The notes under the pieces are model-generated. The model was not told the DNA's origin. It did not search any database and saw nothing but the letters and a program-made list of their open reading frames with translations. From positions 175,832,001 through 175,896,000 of the forward strand of contig OX597816.1 in assembly GCA_951406725.2 (NCBI GenBank): a DNA stretch of 64,000 nt, given 5' to 3'. Shown here one piece after another: positions 11,884-25,714 of this stretch (positions within the stretch are counted from its first letter, which is position 1; every line of letters begins with the position of its first letter). The stretch comes from Octopus vulgaris (lineage: Eukaryota). Both the position numbers and the translations under genes were made by a program.

Positions 11884-13770
11884 CACTGGCCAGCAAAATA
11901 AATATTTTCTTCTCTGGCACAAATTCTTAGAGCTATTTTAGACTAATTTTTGGGTGCTGATTCCAAAATTGACCTCAGATTTGCTCTATTACATCACATT
12001 TTTGTGCCATCAGTATATACCTTTATTTACCAGGACCATACCAAAAGTTAACATTACACCACTATTTGCAGGAATTTTGGCTGGATTATCATGCTAACTT
12101 TGAATAATGTGCTCGAGCTGAGTTTTGCTTTAAGACCCTTTCTCTTTTCAGGTGTAAACTGAACCACAGTGATCTAGTTCTGGATACAACATCAAAAAGA
12201 AGGAAGTGTTGTAATTACCTCAATATCTTACTCCACAGACTCAAGGAAAGAATGCAAAGCTCAAGTGTGGTGTGCCAATGGTTTGGAGAGAACCAACAAA
12301 CCACGTGGATAACTGCTACTTCTGCCTTGTTAATGTAAAAGGGTTCAATATGAAAATCAAAAGACTTGCAATACCCAGATATCCCATCTGTCCATTGACT
12401 GGCTGCACACTCCAAGGAATGTGTCTGTATTTATTGAGCTTCCACAAATTGATGACGAAGCCCTTAATTCACTTACTACTGATGAAGATGAACAGTTTAT
12501 GCCATCTGATACAGACTGATCATTTTTCTGTTTAGCCAGCCCAAATTGAATGATCTGGTCAGGGATTTGTATTTGCCAAAGCAGTCGGTTGAACTGTTGG
12601 CTTCCAGGTTGCAAGAGAAAAGACTGCCGAAACCTGGCACTTGAGTCTCCTTTTATTGTAACAGAGAAGCAAAACTGTGAAAGTACTTCCATTCAGATGG
12701 TCAGCCTGATTATTGTAATGATGTTGAAGAGCTTCTTCTCAATATGAGACTGCTGGCATATAATTCACATGAGTTGAGACTTTTTATTGACAGCTCTAAA
12801 AGCAGCTTGAAGTGTGTTTTATTTCACAATAGGTATTTGTATGGCTCAATCACAATAGGACACTTTATAGAAATGAAAAGAGTATGCCAACAACAATACT
12901 GTTCTGGAGAGGTTGCAACATAATGTTCATAGATGGGTAATTTGTGTCAGTTTGAAAGTAGTAAACCTTCTACAGGGCTAGCAAGGAGGTTACATTAACT
13001 ATTCTTGTTTTCTGTGCTACTGCAACAGGGATACAAAGGATCACTGGGTGAAGAAAGAATGCCCCTCCCTCAAGAAACAGTCTGATACGAGGTGATAAAA
13101 ATGTCATTAATGACACTCTAGTTGAAAGGAAAAACATTGTCTTCCCTACCATTGCACATAAAACTTGCCCCAGATATATATGTACAACCTTTCCAAATCT
13201 CAGTGACAAGAAGGCAGAACACTCCTTAAGGATCAGCATGATGCGGTGGAGGCTAGAACTCGGAATGCCTTTTCTGATGTGGAATTTCCTTGGGAACAGG
13301 AAAGCTAACAACTACCAAAAGATTATGGAGGAACTGCTCTTGAGTTTGCAAGTACTTTGCTGTAGAATGAGCATTAAATCCGCACTTGAGTGAGTTTCCA
13401 GAGAACTGGGTAATGTTAGTGAAGAGCAAGGTGAACACTTTCATCAAGATGTAAAAGTTAAGCAAGAATGATACTGAAGCCAATAGGACTCAAACATGAT
13501 GACAGGCTACTGTTGAAGCTTGATGAAAGACATTCCAGAAGCTGGGCACAAGAGATCATCAAAAAAGAGGAATTCTTGCAGTAATAAGATGATCAGAATG
13601 AATGACTACAATGAACAGAGATTTGGATTCATATTTTGTTATCACCAAGCTTAATTCTTATAAGCTAAACTGCATTTACACCCACAACTTAGTGTTTTGA
13701 TTCATTAGACTATTAAAAAAAAGACATATGTCCATTAAAAATTGCACCTATGTATATCTAATTTTTCCTT
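11884..13770 (+). mobile_element. Decayed Chapaev3-like (CMC) DNA transposon
   Basis: CACTG start; WREPTNHVDNCYFC zinc finger; frameshifted RLFIDSSK, LPLHIKL and EEQGEHFHQD motifs. Confidence 0.65.
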
Positions 13771-13784
13771 TATGCACATTAAAT

Positions 13785-14860
13785 AGCTGTTATCTGGTGG
13801 GCAGTGTGGAAACTGGAGACTGACAAATGGTTAATAAGAGATGTACAGGCCCTATACAGAGATACCGTTAGTAGGGTTCGGATTGGCAATGAGTATAGTG
13901 AAGAATTCCAGGTAGAAGTAAGGGTCCACCAAGGATCAGCCCTCAGCCTCCTCTTATTCATTATAGTCCTCCAGGCAATAACAGAGGAATTCAAGACAAG
14001 TTACCCCTTGGAACTCCTCTATGCTGATGACCTGACCCTCATACCAGAATCACTACAAGAACTAGAGAAGAAATTTAGAATCGAAGGGCCTTAGAGTCAA
14101 TGTTGCAAAGACCAAAGTTCTAGTATGTAGGAAGGCAAACACATTACACACCCCTTCAGGTAGGTGGCCCTGCTCAATCTGTAGAAAAGGCATAGGTAGA
14201 AACTCTATAAGATGTACCCAGTGTAAGCTATGGACACATAAGAAGTGCAGCAACATCAAAGGAAGATGAACCGGGAAGATAGCTTTCGCGTGCAGCAGAT
14301 GCACAGGAGCAATAAACACCACAGATGCTCAGAAAACAGATTCCATCACATGCCAGGGGGAGTAACTAGAAGTAGTTGATAGCCTCCACTACCTAGGTGA
14401 CCAAGTTTGTAGTGGGGTGGATGGTCAGAGAGTGTTACCACTAGAATAAGAATAGCCTGAGCAAAGTTTAGAAAGCTTCTACCCCTACTGGTGACAAAGG
14501 GCCTCTCGCTCAGAGTGAAAGGTAGACTGTATGATGTGTGCAAACTGCCATGCTTCACGGCAGTGAAACATGGGCTGTGACTGCTGAAGACATGTGCAGG
14601 CTAGAAAGAAATGAAGCTAGCATGATCCACTGGATGTATAATGTCAGTGTGCAAACACGATAGAGTGTAATCACCCTGAGGGAAATGTTAGACATAAGAA
14701 GCATCGGATGTGGCGTGCAAGAGAGACGTTTGCATTGGTATGGTCATGTACTGCAGATGGATGAGGAGAGCTGTGTAAAATGTGCCACTCCCAAACAGTG
14801 GAAGGAATCCAGGGTAAAGGGAAACCCAGGAAGACATGGGATGAGGTGGTGAAGTATGAA
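13785..14860 (+). mobile_element. RTE LINE fragment (RT C-terminal half)
   Basis: VHQGSALSLLLF...LLYADDL and WPCSICRKG motifs; homologous to 30840-31820. Confidence 0.85.
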
Positions 14861-14869
14861 GCATAACTA

Positions 14870-16200
14870 ATTAGAAGTGTATAGCAATTACTATCAAGTC
14901 TAAACTTCTACATAGCTGAGTGGAAATTAAATGAAAACCAAATACTCAAGTAAAATTGGCCTCAAAGTATCTCTACACAAGATATTGATATTAAACTCAA
15001 AGAAATTAGGTCAATAAGGTGAGGTACATGTATTAAGTTTGACCTAGAGAGGAGAGCCAATACTCATAAAAACATTATATCTTAAGACAGACGAGTCCTT
15101 ATGAGATAGAAAATATAAATTTCTAAAATTACTTAAATACACAACTAAATGACAGATAACCCAATCTAAAAGGAACTTTTAGAGATAAAAATAAACTCAA
15201 ATCCTCCCAAGTGAAAAAAGGGAATCCTGAAGCCTCCTACAAGTTTACAAAAGAATCTTCTTTCATGTGCTAAAAGATAGGGTTGCTGTTTGAAGAAAAT
15301 GTCTTATTGACTGCAGAACCCATGAGGATAAATGAAATACTAAATAAACAACTCCAAAGTATTATCATCTTCCTACAGGGAAATATACCAATAAGCAAGC
15401 CTGATGAGTTCTTGAACTGCAGCTCTCCATGAGAAAGAAGCAACCATCACTTACATAAATGCACAGGAAGATATAATATCAGCCTTTAATAGGACGAACT
15501 TGAATTCAGCAATGGGCCCAGATGGATTTCCAGTTTTTCTTTTAAAGACATGCAAAACAGCTCTTGCAAAACCACTGTAGAGTCGCATTGTATGTGGCAA
15601 ACTTCCCAGAAAATTAAAAGGGGAAACCAAAGCAGTCGCTAAAAGTAGCCTATCTCTTTGACCTCATGTTAGTAAAGTCAGGGAATACACTGTTAGCAAG
15701 TGACTGATAATGTACCTTCAAGAAAATAACTTATTCACAAACATGCAACATGGCTTCCACCAAGGAAGGAGCTGCCTCCACATAGCTACTATGGCATTAT
15801 GACTAGGTACTGAAACAACAGCTCAAACACTCAAATATGTGTTTCTTTATTGCCCACAAGGGGCTAAACATAGAGGGGACAAACAAGGACAGACAAACGG
15901 ATTAAGTCGATTACATCGACCCCAGTGCGTAACTGGTACTTAATTTATCAACCCTGAAAGGGTGAAAGGCAAAGTCGACCTCGGCGGAATTTGAACTCAG
16001 AACGCAATGACAGACGCAATACCGCTAAGCATTTCGCCCGGTGTGCTAACGTTTCTGCCAGCTCGCCGCCTATACTCAAATATGATTGTGGTATACCTCA
16101 ACTTTGCCAAGGATTTCAACTAAGCTAATCATATGTCACTAATGTGTAACCTTGGTACTGCTGGAAAACTGAAGAAGTAAAGGGCAATATCATGGATTTG
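14870..16200 (+). mobile_element. Decayed CR1-like LINE interrupted by a SINE
   Basis: SAMGPDG, QHGFHQGRSC and VVYLNFAKDF remnants. Confidence 0.55.
15842..16071 (-). mobile_element. Full-length tRNA-derived SINE (family B)
   Basis: Head AGGCGGCGAGCTGGCAGAA, B-box-like GAGTTCAAATTCC, A-rich tail; many degenerate copies in window. Confidence 0.85.
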
Positions 16201-16478
16201 AATGCAGTAACAAAAACATGTATCTGAATGACAGGAAACTCTTTCAAAGTAAGATAAACACAACAATTAATGTCATTCAGGAACAAAAAAAAAAAAAACC
16301 CACACAACATCCCTATCCAAAATAGTATAGACACTGAAAAAGAGGAGAGTGAGCAACCCCCAAATAAACTGGAGCATTATTGCTAAAACCAACAAATACA
16401 AGGGACATGACAGCAAATTTTAGTTTTGCATCACTGAAAAACTAAACATCATCACACCAAGAGCTAACATTTAAATAT

Positions 16479-16877
16479 TACTCTTTACTCTTTTACTTGT
16501 TTCAGTCATTTGACTGCGGCCATGCTGGAGCACCGCATTTAGTCGAGCAAATCGACCCCGGGACTTATTCTTTGTAAGCCCAGTACTTAATCTATCGGTC
16601 TCTTTTGCCGAACCGCTAAGTGACGGGGACGTAAACACACCAGCATCGGCTGTCAAGCAATGCTAGGGGGACAAAGACAGACACACGAACACATACATAT
16701 ATATACATATATACAACAGGCTTCTTTCAGTTTCTGTCTACCAAATCCACTCACAAGGCATTGGTCGGCCCGGGGCTATAGCAGAAGACACTTGCCCAAG
16801 ATGCCACGCAGTGGGACTGAACCCGGAACCGTGTGGTTGGTTAGCAAGCTACTTACCACACAGCCACTCCTGCGCCT
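16479..16877 (-). mobile_element. tRNA-derived SINE (family A)
   Basis: A box TGGCTGTGTGG, B box GGTTCAGTCCC, internal (TA/TG)n, AGTAAAAG-type tail. Confidence 0.9.
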
Positions 16878-17521
16878 ATTAGGGATGAAACTTTCTCTCC
16901 CTGCATGCATAAACAACATTTCATTTTCTGAAATACAAGGCAGTACCCTAGCAAAAATGATATCCTAAAACCACTCGAATTCTTTTTCTAATTCTGTTAC
17001 AGATTTTGCTATCAGAATGAGTTCATTAGTATATAGTAATTTGCAGGGGCAGCTGGTCTTAAATTCCTCAAACATTCCCTTGAAAAGGAGAGAACAGAAA
17101 ACATGTCTGGGCTGTAAAAACAGTAAATGAACCCTAAACCCTTCAACAGATCTGCAAAAGTCTGCCTCAGTGTGGTATAATATAAAGCCACTATTTGAAG
17201 AAAATGGCACACTGACTGTATATTATGCATATCCTGTGATGATAAGTGATGAGTTAGCAGAGAAAGTTTAAATAAATGACTAAATGTTGCTTTATAGATA
17301 GACTTTATCAAAGAATTCAAGTTTCATTTTTCACACACCCAATTGCAGTGTTTGACTTTTCCTTCATTGTGAAAAGTAGAATGAAAGAGGGAAGAGTGGG
17401 GCAAGATTTTTTTTTTCTTTGAATGTGAGTTACATGTTTCTGAATGTAGAATAAGATAAAATGACAGAAAATTACAAAATAGAAAACCATTTTTGTGGTT
17501 GTTGCTGTTCCAAAACTATGA

Positions 17522-17524
<3 letters not shown>

Positions 17525-17569
<45 letters not shown>

Positions 17570-17595
17570 GGAGAGACAGAGAGAGAGAGAGAGAG
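17525..17595 (+). repeat. (GA)n microsatellite
   Basis: Direct reading. Confidence 0.9.
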
Positions 17596-18222
17596 CTGGA
17601 GTAGAGAATCCAACATTTAAAAGACATGGATTTTAAAAATTCTTCTTTTAAAATGACTTCCCTTCATTGTTTTGCAATGCATGAAAAAAGAAATAAGAAG
17701 CAAGGGAAACCCCAACAAAAACATGGAATTCAAACAGGCTATTTGTGAAAGTCTGCTTTTCCAGTTTCCAGTAAGTGCAGGTGGAGCACAATGAGTAATA
17801 TTTACTGCATTTTTGACTTTGAAGAAAGTATATGTTTTGCAAATGTTCACTACCTTGCCAAAACTATATCAGCAAAGTAAAGACCTTCTCTAAACATAGT
17901 AAAACCTATAACATATTCAGAACACAATTTCAGAAAATTATCTCTGCTCTCTTTGAGCATATAAAAGTCAAATTTAGGTGGGGCAAAATGGATAAGACAT
18001 GGCTCCAGTTCTCTAGAATTAAATTTGAAAAGAAAAAAAAATGCCATACACATAAACATCCGTCTATGTTTCAAACTTTCAACTTCATTAACAATACTAT
18101 ACTGACCAATTTTTACTCTCAACTATGTAACCTTTACTGACCAAATTTTACTCCCAAAGATGATGCAATGGAACAAAATGAGAGAAAGTAACAAGAAATC
18201 AGAAATTATTGATTTCGACCCA

Positions 18223-18425
18223 GTTACCAATTTTGCCCCACTTCTATATAGTAATTCCAAGTGTTACCAATTTTGCCCCACTTCTATATAGTAATTCCAA
18301 GTGTTACCAATTTTGCCCCACTTCTATATAGTAATTCCAAGTGTTACCAATTTTGCCCCACTTCTATATAGTAATTCCAAGTGTTACCAATTTTGCCCCA
18401 CTTCTATATAGTAATTCCAAGTGTT
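18223..18425 (+). repeat. Perfect 40-bp minisatellite, 5 copies
   Basis: GTTACCAATTTTGCCCCACTTCTATATAGTAATTCCAAGT at 18223, 18263, 18303, 18343 and 18383. Confidence 0.97.
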
Positions 18426-19321
18426 TGACAGAATGACAAAAAATATATAAAAAATAAGAAAAAAGGTTCAATTTTAGGAAACATTTGAATATATATGCAA
18501 TAATTCTAAAGCTGAAAAAGAATGCTTTTAGTTGCTGAGAGATGTAATTTTATAATTAAAACTAAATTCAAAAGTTTTCTTTACTTACTTGCTTTCAAAG
18601 CCTCACTGAAATAAATTTGCAAGTAGAAATGTGTTTGTGTGTTCCTTTAACCACTATTGGTCAATCCAAGGTCAAGCCCAGTTATGCATTGAAAGAAAGA
18701 ATTTGGGCCAAGAGACAATAACATTTTTCTATCAATCTCTTTATCTTTATAATCATTTATATATACTTACACACACACACATACACAAACAGATGCATAC
18801 ATACATACATTTTCAAAGGTGCTCTGTTGTTTCCATTTTCCATCCCAAAAGCAGCTACTATAATTCCTTTAGAATTATAAGTGCTTTTGGGGCTATAAAC
18901 TGTTTTTTAACTGAATTATTTGATGTCTCTAAAGTGGCTATCATAAAAGAGAATCCATTACTTTTTTAAGAAGTCAAGATACCTTTGTATATTGAAAGAG
19001 AACCTCTTCATGCCTAACTGCTGGGAGATGGAGAGGGCCTTCTTGCATCAAGTGCTACACATCCATCCTAGTAGTGCCCCCCGCCCCCTACCAATATCTA
19101 GATGCCTGGGGCAATTGCCCCCTACCCATAAATCCAGCCCTGCCTTGCATGGCTTCTTCCCAAAGAGAAGCTGTCTTACACAGATTTGGAAGCATTATGA
19201 CTGAAACAACTAATGAATAACTCAAATGTGGATGGGATACGTCTTGATTTTACAAAGACTTTTGACAAGGTTAATCAGAGGATATGTCACAAGCTGTAGA
19301 GACTTAGCAGAGTTGAAAAAT

Positions 19322-19439
19322 TGGGATAATGATTACATGAATTCTTAAAATGCTGAAACCAAGCTGCATCAGTCAAAGGAGCCTTTGACTGCTACAGCTT
19401 GGTTTCAGCATTTTAAGAATTCATATAATCATTATCCCA
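19322..19439. repeat. Fold-back inverted repeat, 58-bp arms, at the end of a CR1-like fragment
   Basis: Arms 19322-19379 and 19382-19439, 3 mismatches. Confidence 0.95.
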
Positions 19440-19679
19440 TGTTCAAGAGGGCCACATTCTATACTGCGAGATTTCATAAAGGTGGTCTGCCTGAAGTCTT
19501 TTAAAAAATTCTACATGGTTTCTTTAAAAAAAGAGAAGAAAAAACATACTTTCTACACTTAAGCAACACAAAATATCAAAAGATAATCCAAAATTGCTTC
19601 TGTCAGCTGCTGAATTTGAAGAAATTTAGTGTATTTTTAGTGTAAAGGACAATATGTATGTTTGTATGTGATAGAATTA

Positions 19680-20150
19680 TATGCATACAATGCTATCAGC
19701 AGGAACGACTGCCTTGACGTATAAATCAAAAGCATGTCAGAACCAGCAAGTATTCACAACTTTAAAAACAAGGAATACAAGTGGAACAACCCAATAAAAA
19801 AACATCAATTCAATACCAACATAACAGACCTGATATGGTTCAGTCAGACAGAGAATAAAAGTCATGCACTGTAGTAGAGATCAGTTGCCCAACATACATT
19901 CAGAAGTCCAGGAAAAAGAGAACATTTACGGCGAACTAATGTGGAACATACGGCTCTTGTATCCTGATTATGAATTCACATTTGTGCCTATCATCATAAG
20001 AGTGTTTGGTTATTTACTAAAAGATTTGCACAAAAATCTAGAAATAGTTGGTTTCACAGAAAAAGAGCAAACGAAACTGCCGCAGATTCTCCAAATCCAA
20101 TCTATTAGAGGCATAGTGAAAATTTGTAAAGCTTGGCTTCAAAGTTGACA
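19680..20150 (+). mobile_element. REL-type (R4/NeSL-like) non-LTR 3' fragment
   Basis: EKENIYGELMWNIRLLYPDYEFTFVPIII; paralogous to 22270-22880 and 27880-28500. Confidence 0.6.
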
Positions 20151-21069
20151 TCACACTCTTGTTTGATGGGGTTAGGGTCATACCAAGTTAGTGGTCCTAG
20201 AAGTGTCTTATGCTTAGAGCTGACCAGGTCCACCAGCAATCTCTATTGCTGGCAGTTCTCTGCCAATCCCTCTGCATCCTCCAATGTGACATTGAACCTC
20301 TGGAGATCTTCCCTAATCACGTCCTTATTGACTTGGAGTATGCAGACAATACCACCCTATTCATCAACTCAATCGACCAGTTCAAGGATACAATGATGAG
20401 AATTAGCAAAGCTTGTCCTTCAGGTGAGTTGAGTGAAGACCATGCATGTTGGAGATGGCTTCTCCATATTGAACCCGATGTCACTGAGTTTGTCAGCTGC
20501 TTCATTTACCTGGGCTCCATAGTCAAACTGCAGATGTGGTCCAGCCACTAGGCTCACAAACACCCTATGGAAGCCCCTCTGGCACCCCTGCTTTATTTCC
20601 CAGAAGATGAAGCTCTGTATCTACAATACATTGGTACTCTCCATTCTCCCCTATGGATCAGAATTGTTTCCCCCCATCCCTAGAAGACCTGGCCAAAGTG
20701 GAGATTTGGAAGACATTCTCAAAATTCTCCACCTTGGATTCTTATGTGAATTGATGCACACACTTGGATGTATACATCAACAGTTCAACCAACACACAAA
20801 ATCAAACGTATATTGGGTTTTTGATTGATTGATTGATTCTAGTTTCAGCTTATGAGCTGTGGCCATGCTGGGGCACCACCATTTGGTGTTGCTACTTGGT
20901 TTCACTTCATGGAGGCTTTCTAGCAACTGCTATTTGGTGCATGAGAGAGTTCGATGCAGCTGCCCTCATCTGCCCCTCCTGCCGTGAAGTTGGTTCATCT
21001 GGGACACCTGACAGGAAGAGATCCAGCTTCATTTTAAAGACATCTGTATCCACCCCATGCAGGTCTCTC

Positions 21070-22259
21070 AGGTTATCTCATAAATAATGCAGTTTTTTAT
21101 ACTTCTTTTATTTTTCAAAATTAAGATATACAAAGTTGTTTTTTTAATTTGGTTCTTTTTAAATCTAAAATATACTCTCCTTCATTTTCTACAATGCTCT
21201 TCTGGTAGACTTGCAAGGCTCCACTTCCAAAATTCACTTATCTGTGATGAAAAATATTCCTCCAGTACTGTTCTGAACTTGTCTACAGAATTCATATTTT
21301 TTTCCATCTGAATGATTTTGAAGACTGCGGAATAAATGATATTCAGATGGGGCAATGTCCGGTGAATATGGAAGGTGGGTCATCGTTTCTGATTCAAACT
21401 TCTCCAGTCTTTGGAATGTCATCCTCACTGTATGTGGCTGAGCATTATCCTGATTGAAGAACACCTTTTGTCTTGAAACCCAAGATGGTCATTTTTCTCC
21501 TAGCACTGACTTAAGCTGCTCACAGTAGATCTCCTTTGGTATCGCTTGCTTTGGGTTTAAAAGTTCAAAGTGGACTGAAACCTTTCATATCCCACCAAAT
21601 AGATAACAACACCTTATTTAGCCTGGAGTGCCGGTTTGACATTTTCATAGAGAACCAATTTCTCATCACCTGTGACTAGTCAGTCCAAAAAAGGTTCATT
21701 CGCGAGACATGACAGTAAAGAAGAGCACACATTCTAAGTTTGGGAGGAACCCACTGACCCAATTTGCTGACTTTTCTGATGGCATACAGGTGTCGCTGGA
21801 TGGTTGAATGACCAAGTCTGAGCTTCTCTGCTAGTTCCTCAACAGTTATGATGGGATTTTGTTCCACCAGGGTTTGCAGAACATCCTCATTGAGCTCTAC
21901 AGATCTTCCAGGATGAGGCTTATCTTCTAGACTGTAGTTTCCAGCTCAGAATTTCTGGAACCACCATTGACACTGGCTTACATTTATTGTCTGATATCCA
22001 TATAATATTCCTTGCACCTTCCATTGTGTTGTTTCTTATATTGAACTCATAAAGCTGAATATGCTCCTTTGTCACTTCCATTATAGCTTTGAAATAATAA
22101 CTTAAAATTGAACTGCACTCTTCAAAACTTGTACTAAGAATAAGTACAAGGAAAAATTACTACCTGCTTTTATAATAAGTTTATGCAGATAGTTTATTCT
22201 GTCCCCCTCCAACTTTTAGTTCATGTAATTGAAAAAAACCATTATTTATGGGATGACCC
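21070..22259 (-). mobile_element. Decayed mariner element
   Basis: Imperfect TIRs GGTTATCTCATAAATAATG / CATTATTTATGGGATGACC; QDNAQPH, YSPDIAPSEYHLF and WVP motifs. Confidence 0.85.
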
Positions 22260-22269
22260 AAATTTACAA

Positions 22270-22880
22270 ACAATGGGAACGCTTAACTCAAAATGTTTTG
22301 TCGATTTGTTAGTGACTGGCTCGAACTTTCTCGAAGAAAAATCCTGCATACATACTTAGGCAAGACATCATCCACATTATTGTCAACTGTGAGGAGAATA
22401 TCTTCCAGATAACTTCTCATGAGGCATAATGCAGTAGCTGAAATGGTCTGGAACAGGGTAACAAAGAAGAAAATACTACAAATGAAGTTAACCATAATGA
22501 GACTGATAAGTCAAAAGAATACTGGAACTTAAAAATTAAAACAACCGACAAGTTAAAACACAACTGACCAGATATCATTGAGTGGGACCACAAAGAAAAG
22601 ATATATTTGGTTGTGGAAATCAGTTGCTCTCTGGATGTGAATGGGATTAGAAAATTACAAGAAAAAGAGCACATCTATGAACCACTGATAAGGATTTTGC
22701 AAATCCAGTATCCAAGATACACTTTTAGTTTCGTACTTATTATTATAGGAGCAACAGTAAACATACCAACCCATCTGGACTAGCGATCTTAGGGAGAGAA
22801 TGTAAATCCTTAATTCATATGCTACATATGATCACAATATCTGGGGCTATAAAAATCTACCAAGTAGATGGCCAATCAAA
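22270..22880 (+). mobile_element. REL-type non-LTR fragment
   Basis: MRHNAVA zinc-knuckle region, PDII.W..VVEISC and EKEHIYEPL motifs. Confidence 0.6.
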
Positions 22881-23200
22881 ATTTACTCTAAAATTAAAAA
22901 GAGAAAGAGAACAGACAGACAGACAGACATACGTGTGTAAAATGTGTGTGCATGTTGTTTACATCTTCATAACTGCTCAACCTAAAGCCACATTGAATAA
23001 GAGATCTTTTACTTGAAAAACAAGTAATTTTAGTTACAGAAAGGGCATCATGCTATAAAGCCTCAAAAGCATATTATTCTAACTAATGCAAGTATAGAAA
23101 CATGGACATAAAAATGTATTTTTCTTGCTTTTCAGAAGTTAAAAGAATGAATGTTTTTGTATAAAATGAGTAAGACAATAAATAGGGGAATAAGATATTA

Positions 23201-23509
<309 letters not shown>

Positions 23510-25714
23510 TTAAAAAATATGTAAATAAATATATATAATGGGAGGCAATCATAATGATGAAGTTTAGGCATAGGTCAGTTCTGATTGAACAGATCTACCA
23601 TGAAAGATGACAATCTAAAACTCAAAGGCACTGTTTTTTGTTTTTTTTTCTTTCCAGTTCATGATTTACTCTTCTGTTGTAGAATAAAACCACACACACA
23701 CACACACACACAGTATAAAAATACACAGCAACACTCTTTATCTGTGTGTGCTGCATACCATTACATATACATCATAAACATGGACTACCAACTAGAACAT
23801 TGAAAATAAATTAAGATCAACATAAAGAGCCATGGAAACGAGAAAGCTGAAGATTAAAAAATTGGATAAATGGGGAAACAACAGGATAAGAGTAGCAACA
23901 GGTTTAACAGTCTTTTGTGGGATGTGTTTAGAAGAAAGGAAAATAGATGGAATAGGAAAGTGAGTGGATACCACGTCCAGAAAAAATAAGGAGGGTTAAG
24001 ACCATGCAGAGGTTGGCATGAAGAATTTTGTTAAATTCTTTAGCACCCAAACATGGATGAGGAAATATCAAACTGCGGTTGGTGGAGAGAACATACTAAA
24101 GCCTCTGTCCAGCAGTAGACCAAAGATGTGCAAAGGTGATGATGTGCCTTGCATAAGGCTATAACATAACACGTGTAAATACTTGAATGCAAAGACTTTA
24201 ATGTAGACAAGAAGGAAAAAAGAAAGTATTTCATACTGAAAGCAAAGTATAATTTTTTAAATATTTTAAACTGAAAGTCTAAATTTCCTTACTCAGACTT
24301 TTACAACCCTGATTGTCAAACAAAACCCGGACAATGAAAGTGGAAATTATTAAAGGAAATATTCAGAAAATATAAACAAAAACAAACAGGAAGCATTTGA
24401 TTGGCTGCATGTGTAAAGATAGGATTGTACACATATACATATCATCATAATCATCATCATTATCACTCTCCAGGCTAGCATGGGTTGGATGGTGCAATAG
24501 GGACTAGCAAGCCAGAGGACAGCATCAAGTTCTACAGTCTATTTTGGCAGGGTTTCTTTGACGAGACAACCAGCCCAACACCAAACACTTTACAGACTGT
24601 ACTGAGTGCTTTTTACATGACATCAGCACTGGCAAGGTCTGCAAGTAAGACAAAGACCCCTCAACTGAGAGGGGGGGTGATATTGAGGGTGGTGGCTTTG
24701 TGCCAGGTGATAAGAGGTCAAACTATGAAAGCAGAACAGAAACAGGTGTCTTGCTATAGAGGAGATACATAGTCAGGGCATAGCCTAAAGGTACAAGTAG
24801 GTGAATGTAAGTGAAATGGTGCAAAGGACTGGACAAGATGCTTGAGCAGTGACTTCACAAGACTGCAAAGCAGGGACTGAGGAGATGGTGAAATGCAGTG
24901 AGTGGTGAATACAGGTATATAGGAGAGCAGCAGGATAGCAATGATAGAATTTAACTTGACAGTAAACACTCAAAGTTTCATACTCAATCACACCTAACTT
25001 GGTTGATAGTATAGCTGCTATCAGTTATTATAAAATGAGAAAATTGTTCCAGAAATAAGTATAATGTACATCAACACACCAATAGAATCTTCCTTCCTTC
25101 CCCTGTCCCTTGCTCCTAAAGACAAGTTTCAAATGTCAACAGCTAAGTAGATAACATAAAACTCCCAGTGTAGTTAACTCAGGGAAATAATTGCACTTTG
25201 GCTAACCCTAACTATGATTGTGTTATTGATTGTGGTAGTGATAATTACCATTTACCATCAATAATGTGCAACATCCAAAATTCAACTTGAGTGCTAAAAA
25301 CTATCCTTATCAAGGTATCTTTGGGTACCAGCAACCATAATGAGCCCAATCACATGACCAATAGTAATTACAATGCTTGCAATGATCATAACAGTTGTCA
25401 CAATCTAAATACTTGGGGAAATCTGGTGAATAACAACATTTCTAATTCAAATAGTAGAAGTAGTAAAAATTGGCACAATTGCGATAACAGTATTGGTAAT
25501 GCATCTTGTATTTATACACAACTGATAAATAAGCAATTATGCAATTACAGAAAACTGAATGTTCACTGAATAAGAAGAGAGACTGGCAAAAAAAACCCAA
25601 AAAAAAAAAACCTTGTTAACTTTAATTTGATTTTCATGCCTATCCTAACCTTTGGTTGTAAATGTTGGGTAATGACTGAAAGATTACACCTGGATATACA
25701 TGTGAGCAAAATAA

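Noticed and set aside
16660-16968. Recurrent ORFs such as LPNPLTRHWSARGYSRRHLPKMP (also at 40426, 49162, 54637)
   Set aside because: Antisense translations of SINE family A, not a gene family
18223-18425. CRISPR-like array
   Set aside because: Units are contiguous and identical with no spacers; no cas genes; eukaryotic intron
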